64,000 bases of DNA from an uncultured Chloroflexia bacterium (GTDB lineage Bacteria > Chloroflexota > Limnocylindria > Limnocylindrales > CSP1-4): positions 8,984-72,983 of the forward strand of contig CAWJIC010000022.1 in assembly GCA_963842755.1 (NCBI GenBank), in the 5' to 3' direction. Below are positions 61,420 to 64,000 of this stretch, one piece after another. The translations under genes and the position numbers were made by a program. The number at the start of each line of letters is the position of its first letter. Position 1 is the first letter of the stretch. The notes below the pieces were generated by a model. It was not told where the DNA came from, searched no databases, and saw nothing but the letters and a program-made list of their open reading frames with translations.

Positions 61420-62978
61420 CTAGGGCCCGGCCGCCACCAGGGCGTCGTCGACGAAGACCCAGCCGTGGCCGGTCGCCTCGAGCGCACAGCTCCGTCGCTC
61501 TCCCAGCACTCGAACGCGTCACGCCGGTGCGCTGGCGGATCGACTGGTTCTGGCCGGGGATATCCGTGGCGGCGCCCTCGAGCCTCTGCTCGAAGTCGCC
61601 CGAATCCCACGTGGCCGGGTTGCCGAGCAGGCTGCCGGCGGTGTCGGCGTCGGCGTTGCTGAGCGACCCGTTCTTGTCGAGCATCAGGGCCGCGATCCCG
61701 GCCACGGTCGGCGCGGAGAAGCTTGTGCCGCTCATGAACAGGTACTGGAACGGAGCGGCGCTCGCGTTGTCCGGCGTCGCCTTGCTGGCGCAGGTCCGGT
61801 GGAGCGTGCCGTTGGTGATGGCGCCGTCCTTGTAGAGCTGCGCGCAGGGATACGGCAGCAGCAGGAACCGGCCGGTCGAGACGACGTCGAGGTACTGGTC
61901 GGTGAGCTCGCCGGGAGCTGAAGTTGACGACGAAGACCTCGTCAATGCCGTTCTCCGGCACGTTGGCAAGCCACCAGCTCTTGCTCGGCAGGGTCGTCCA
62001 CTGGTCCTCCCAACCGCCGGCGCCGACCGAGACAACCGGCTCATAGGCCGCCGGGAAGCCCATCCCGGCGTTGCCGCTGTTGCCCGCCGAGGCGACGATG
62101 ACAACGCCGGCATCGGTGGCGGCGTCGATCGCGGCCTTCTCGACCGGGTCGAGGCCCGGACCGCCGAGGCTCTCGTTGATGACGATCGGGCGGGTCGGGC
62201 TTGCGTTCTTGAGGCTGGTGACGTAGTCCATGCCGGCGTTGATCGCGGAACCGAAGCAGCCGATCGGCTCGCAGACCTTGATCGGGATCACCTTGGCGCC
62301 GGGCGCCACGCCGGGGACCCAGTACGTGCCAGCGGCACCGGTCGCGAAACCGGTCCCCCAGCCGCCTTCGTTGGTGTCGTCGACGAAGCGATACCCGACG
62401 ATGGTGGCGGCGGTCGCCATGCCGTGCGGATCGCTGCCGCGGTCCCACTGGTTCAGGTTCTCGTTGCCGCCGGCAGCGATGAAGGCGCGCGCCTTGTCGG
62501 TCAGGATGCTGTCCGGGTCGAAGTAGTCGCGCCAGTTCGGGTAGAAGCCGGAATCGAGGACGGCGACCCAGACGCCATCGCCCGTGTATGTAGTGTTCGC
62601 CTCGGCGTCGATCAGGTCGAGCCAGTACGGAATGCCCGGAAGGGCGGACGGAACGGCGAAACCGGCGGGCGCGGCCGGCCCGGCGACGCGGACCGCGTCG
62701 AGTTGCTTGACGGTGTCCAGGTTGACGCTCGTCACGAAGCGAAGCGCACGAACCGCGGCGACCTTCGTGCTGGGGATCACCGCGGCGGCGCCGCCGAAAT
62801 TCCGGTAGACGTACTTGAGCTGCGCCCCCGCCGCCTTCAGCTTGCTCACCTGTGCCGCTGTCAACGGGGCTGCGCTGCCGATCAGGTAGGCCCTCGCCGC
62901 GCCGACCGCGCTGGCCGGCGCGGCGATCACCGAGGCGAGCAATACCAGACTGGCGAGCGTCGCGAGAGCGCGTCTCAT
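61420..62978 (-). CDS. Secreted subtilisin-like S8 serine peptidase (frameshifted)
   Basis: Signal peptide, I9-like propeptide, triad VAVLDSG / HGMATA / SGTSFSAP, oxyanion SAGN. Confidence 0.9.
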
Positions 62979-63340
62979 GATGGTGTCCTCCAGCTTCAAG
63001 CTCCAGCGGGACGGCCGCCGCGACCGGTCTCCCCCGCGGCCACGCAGTCAGGTGACTGTAGTACGAGAGTCAACCGCGTGGAGCGGCACGCCGCGATTGA
63101 TACCCCGGAAGCGGTGCGGCGGTGCACCTCAAGGCGGCCGCTCAGACGGACGGCCCACTCGATGATCCGGAGCGCGACCGCGTAGCGCGCGACCCAATCG
63201 ACTGCCGGTCCGGCTCCCGCGACACCCAACCAGGCGAGCAGAGCCGGCTCGCGCGCCGGGCGGACACGATCCTCGTTCCCGATGCGTTCGACGTCAGGCT
63301 GAATTCGGCGCACGCCTTCGACAGCACGCCCTCGACGGTG

Positions 63341-63368
63341 TTGACAACCGTACGGTCGATCGTACACT
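63341..63368 (+). promoter_or_regulatory. phd-relE promoter with palindromic operator
   Basis: TTGACA-N16-TACACT; the spacer contains the perfect palindrome ACCGTACGGT. Confidence 0.75.
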
Positions 63369-63372
63369 TGAA

Positions 63373-63655
63373 GTGACCATGAAGACCATTCCGATCAGCG
63401 AGCTTCGACAGCGAGTGGCCGACGTCATCGACGAGGTGCAGGCCAGCGAGGAACCGACGGTCGTGCTCCAGCGCTCGCGCAGAGTGGCGTACATCGTCAA
63501 CCCTGAGCGGTACGAGCGCGATCAGGCCGAGCTCAGCGCGCTCCGTCGCGCGCTCTTCCTCGGCGAAGTCCGCGAGGCCGAGGCCGAGTACCGCGCGGGC
63601 GATGCGCAGCGTTTCGACGACGTCGAGCAGCCTGCTCGACGAGCTCCGGCGCTGA
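63373..63655 (+). CDS. Phd/YefM family antitoxin (indel near 3' end)
   Basis: MKTIPISELRQRVADVIDEV..EPTVVLQRSRRVAYIV. Confidence 0.88.
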
Positions 63656-63656
63656 T

Positions 63657-63911
63657 GTGCGCATCACGGCGTCGACGCGCTTCCTTCGAAAGGCCAGGAA
63701 GCTGCGGGAGCCTCAGGCCTCGATGCTCCGGGCCGCCCTTCGACGCTTCGCGGTCGATGCGCAGGACCCGCTCCTGCGGACCCACAAGCTGAAGGGCGAG
63801 CTCGACGCCTACTGGGCGTTCAGCGTCGATGACGACCTGCGCGTCCTCTTCCGCTGGGATGGCGATGAGGCCTTCCTCGTGAACCTCGGGTCCCACGATC
63901 AGGTGTACTGA
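63657..63911 (+). CDS. RelE/YafQ-superfamily mRNA interferase toxin
   Basis: RFLRKARKL..LRTHKLKGEL..WAFSVDDDLRVLF..LGSHDQVY. Confidence 0.9.
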   Translation: MRITASTRFLRKARKLREPQASMLRAALRRFAVDAQDPLLRTHKLKGELDAYWAFSVDDDLRVLFRWDGDEAFLVNLGSHDQVY

Positions 63912-64000
63912 GGCGGCCGCTGTACCGAGGCGGCCGCGGGCCACCCCGTGCCGCCGTCAGGCCGGCTGGACCGCCCGAAACACCCGGCCGACCTCGTCGA

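Noticed and set aside
58140-63940. Integron cassette array
   Set aside because: No intI and no recognisable attC (RYYYAAC..GTTRRRY) sites between modules; the repeats derive from coding sequence.

Overview
Very GC-rich bacterial chromosome segment. It is most likely Chloroflexota (Limnocylindria/Ellin6529-like), inferred from gene order and protein style. About 58 kb is housekeeping DNA, almost all on the minus strand: smc-rnc-acpP-nusB-plsX-rpmF-coaD-rsmD-recG-DAK2, rpmB, dtd, rpe, rlmN, fmt, def, priA, gmk, rluD, lspA, ileS, LCP, GT2, ilvE, rpsF-ssb-rpsR, eight tRNAs, lemA-htpX, secG-gpmI-tpiA-whiA-yvcK-rapZ, tatAC, pyrF, recJ, secDF and uvrC. Many essential genes are broken by indels in discrete blocks. 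I read these as long-read or assembly errors, not pseudogenes, so coordinates of frameshifted genes are approximate. The last ~6 kb upstream of uvrC is an accessory toxin-antitoxin hotspot. It contains duplicated, recombined pieces of an abrB-vapC-uvrC(5') unit, an in-frame GIY-YIG/PIN chimera, an XRE/AbrB chimeric antitoxin, an uncharacterised HTH plus His-rich gene pair, a subtilase and a Phd-RelE pair. Other highlights are two homologous ~155-nt rod-folding intergenic elements 24.5 kb apart, an IleRS2 with a GVHH signature, Rpe with a C-terminal extra domain, widespread leaderless and bidirectional promoters, and a tRNA-Val with C33.
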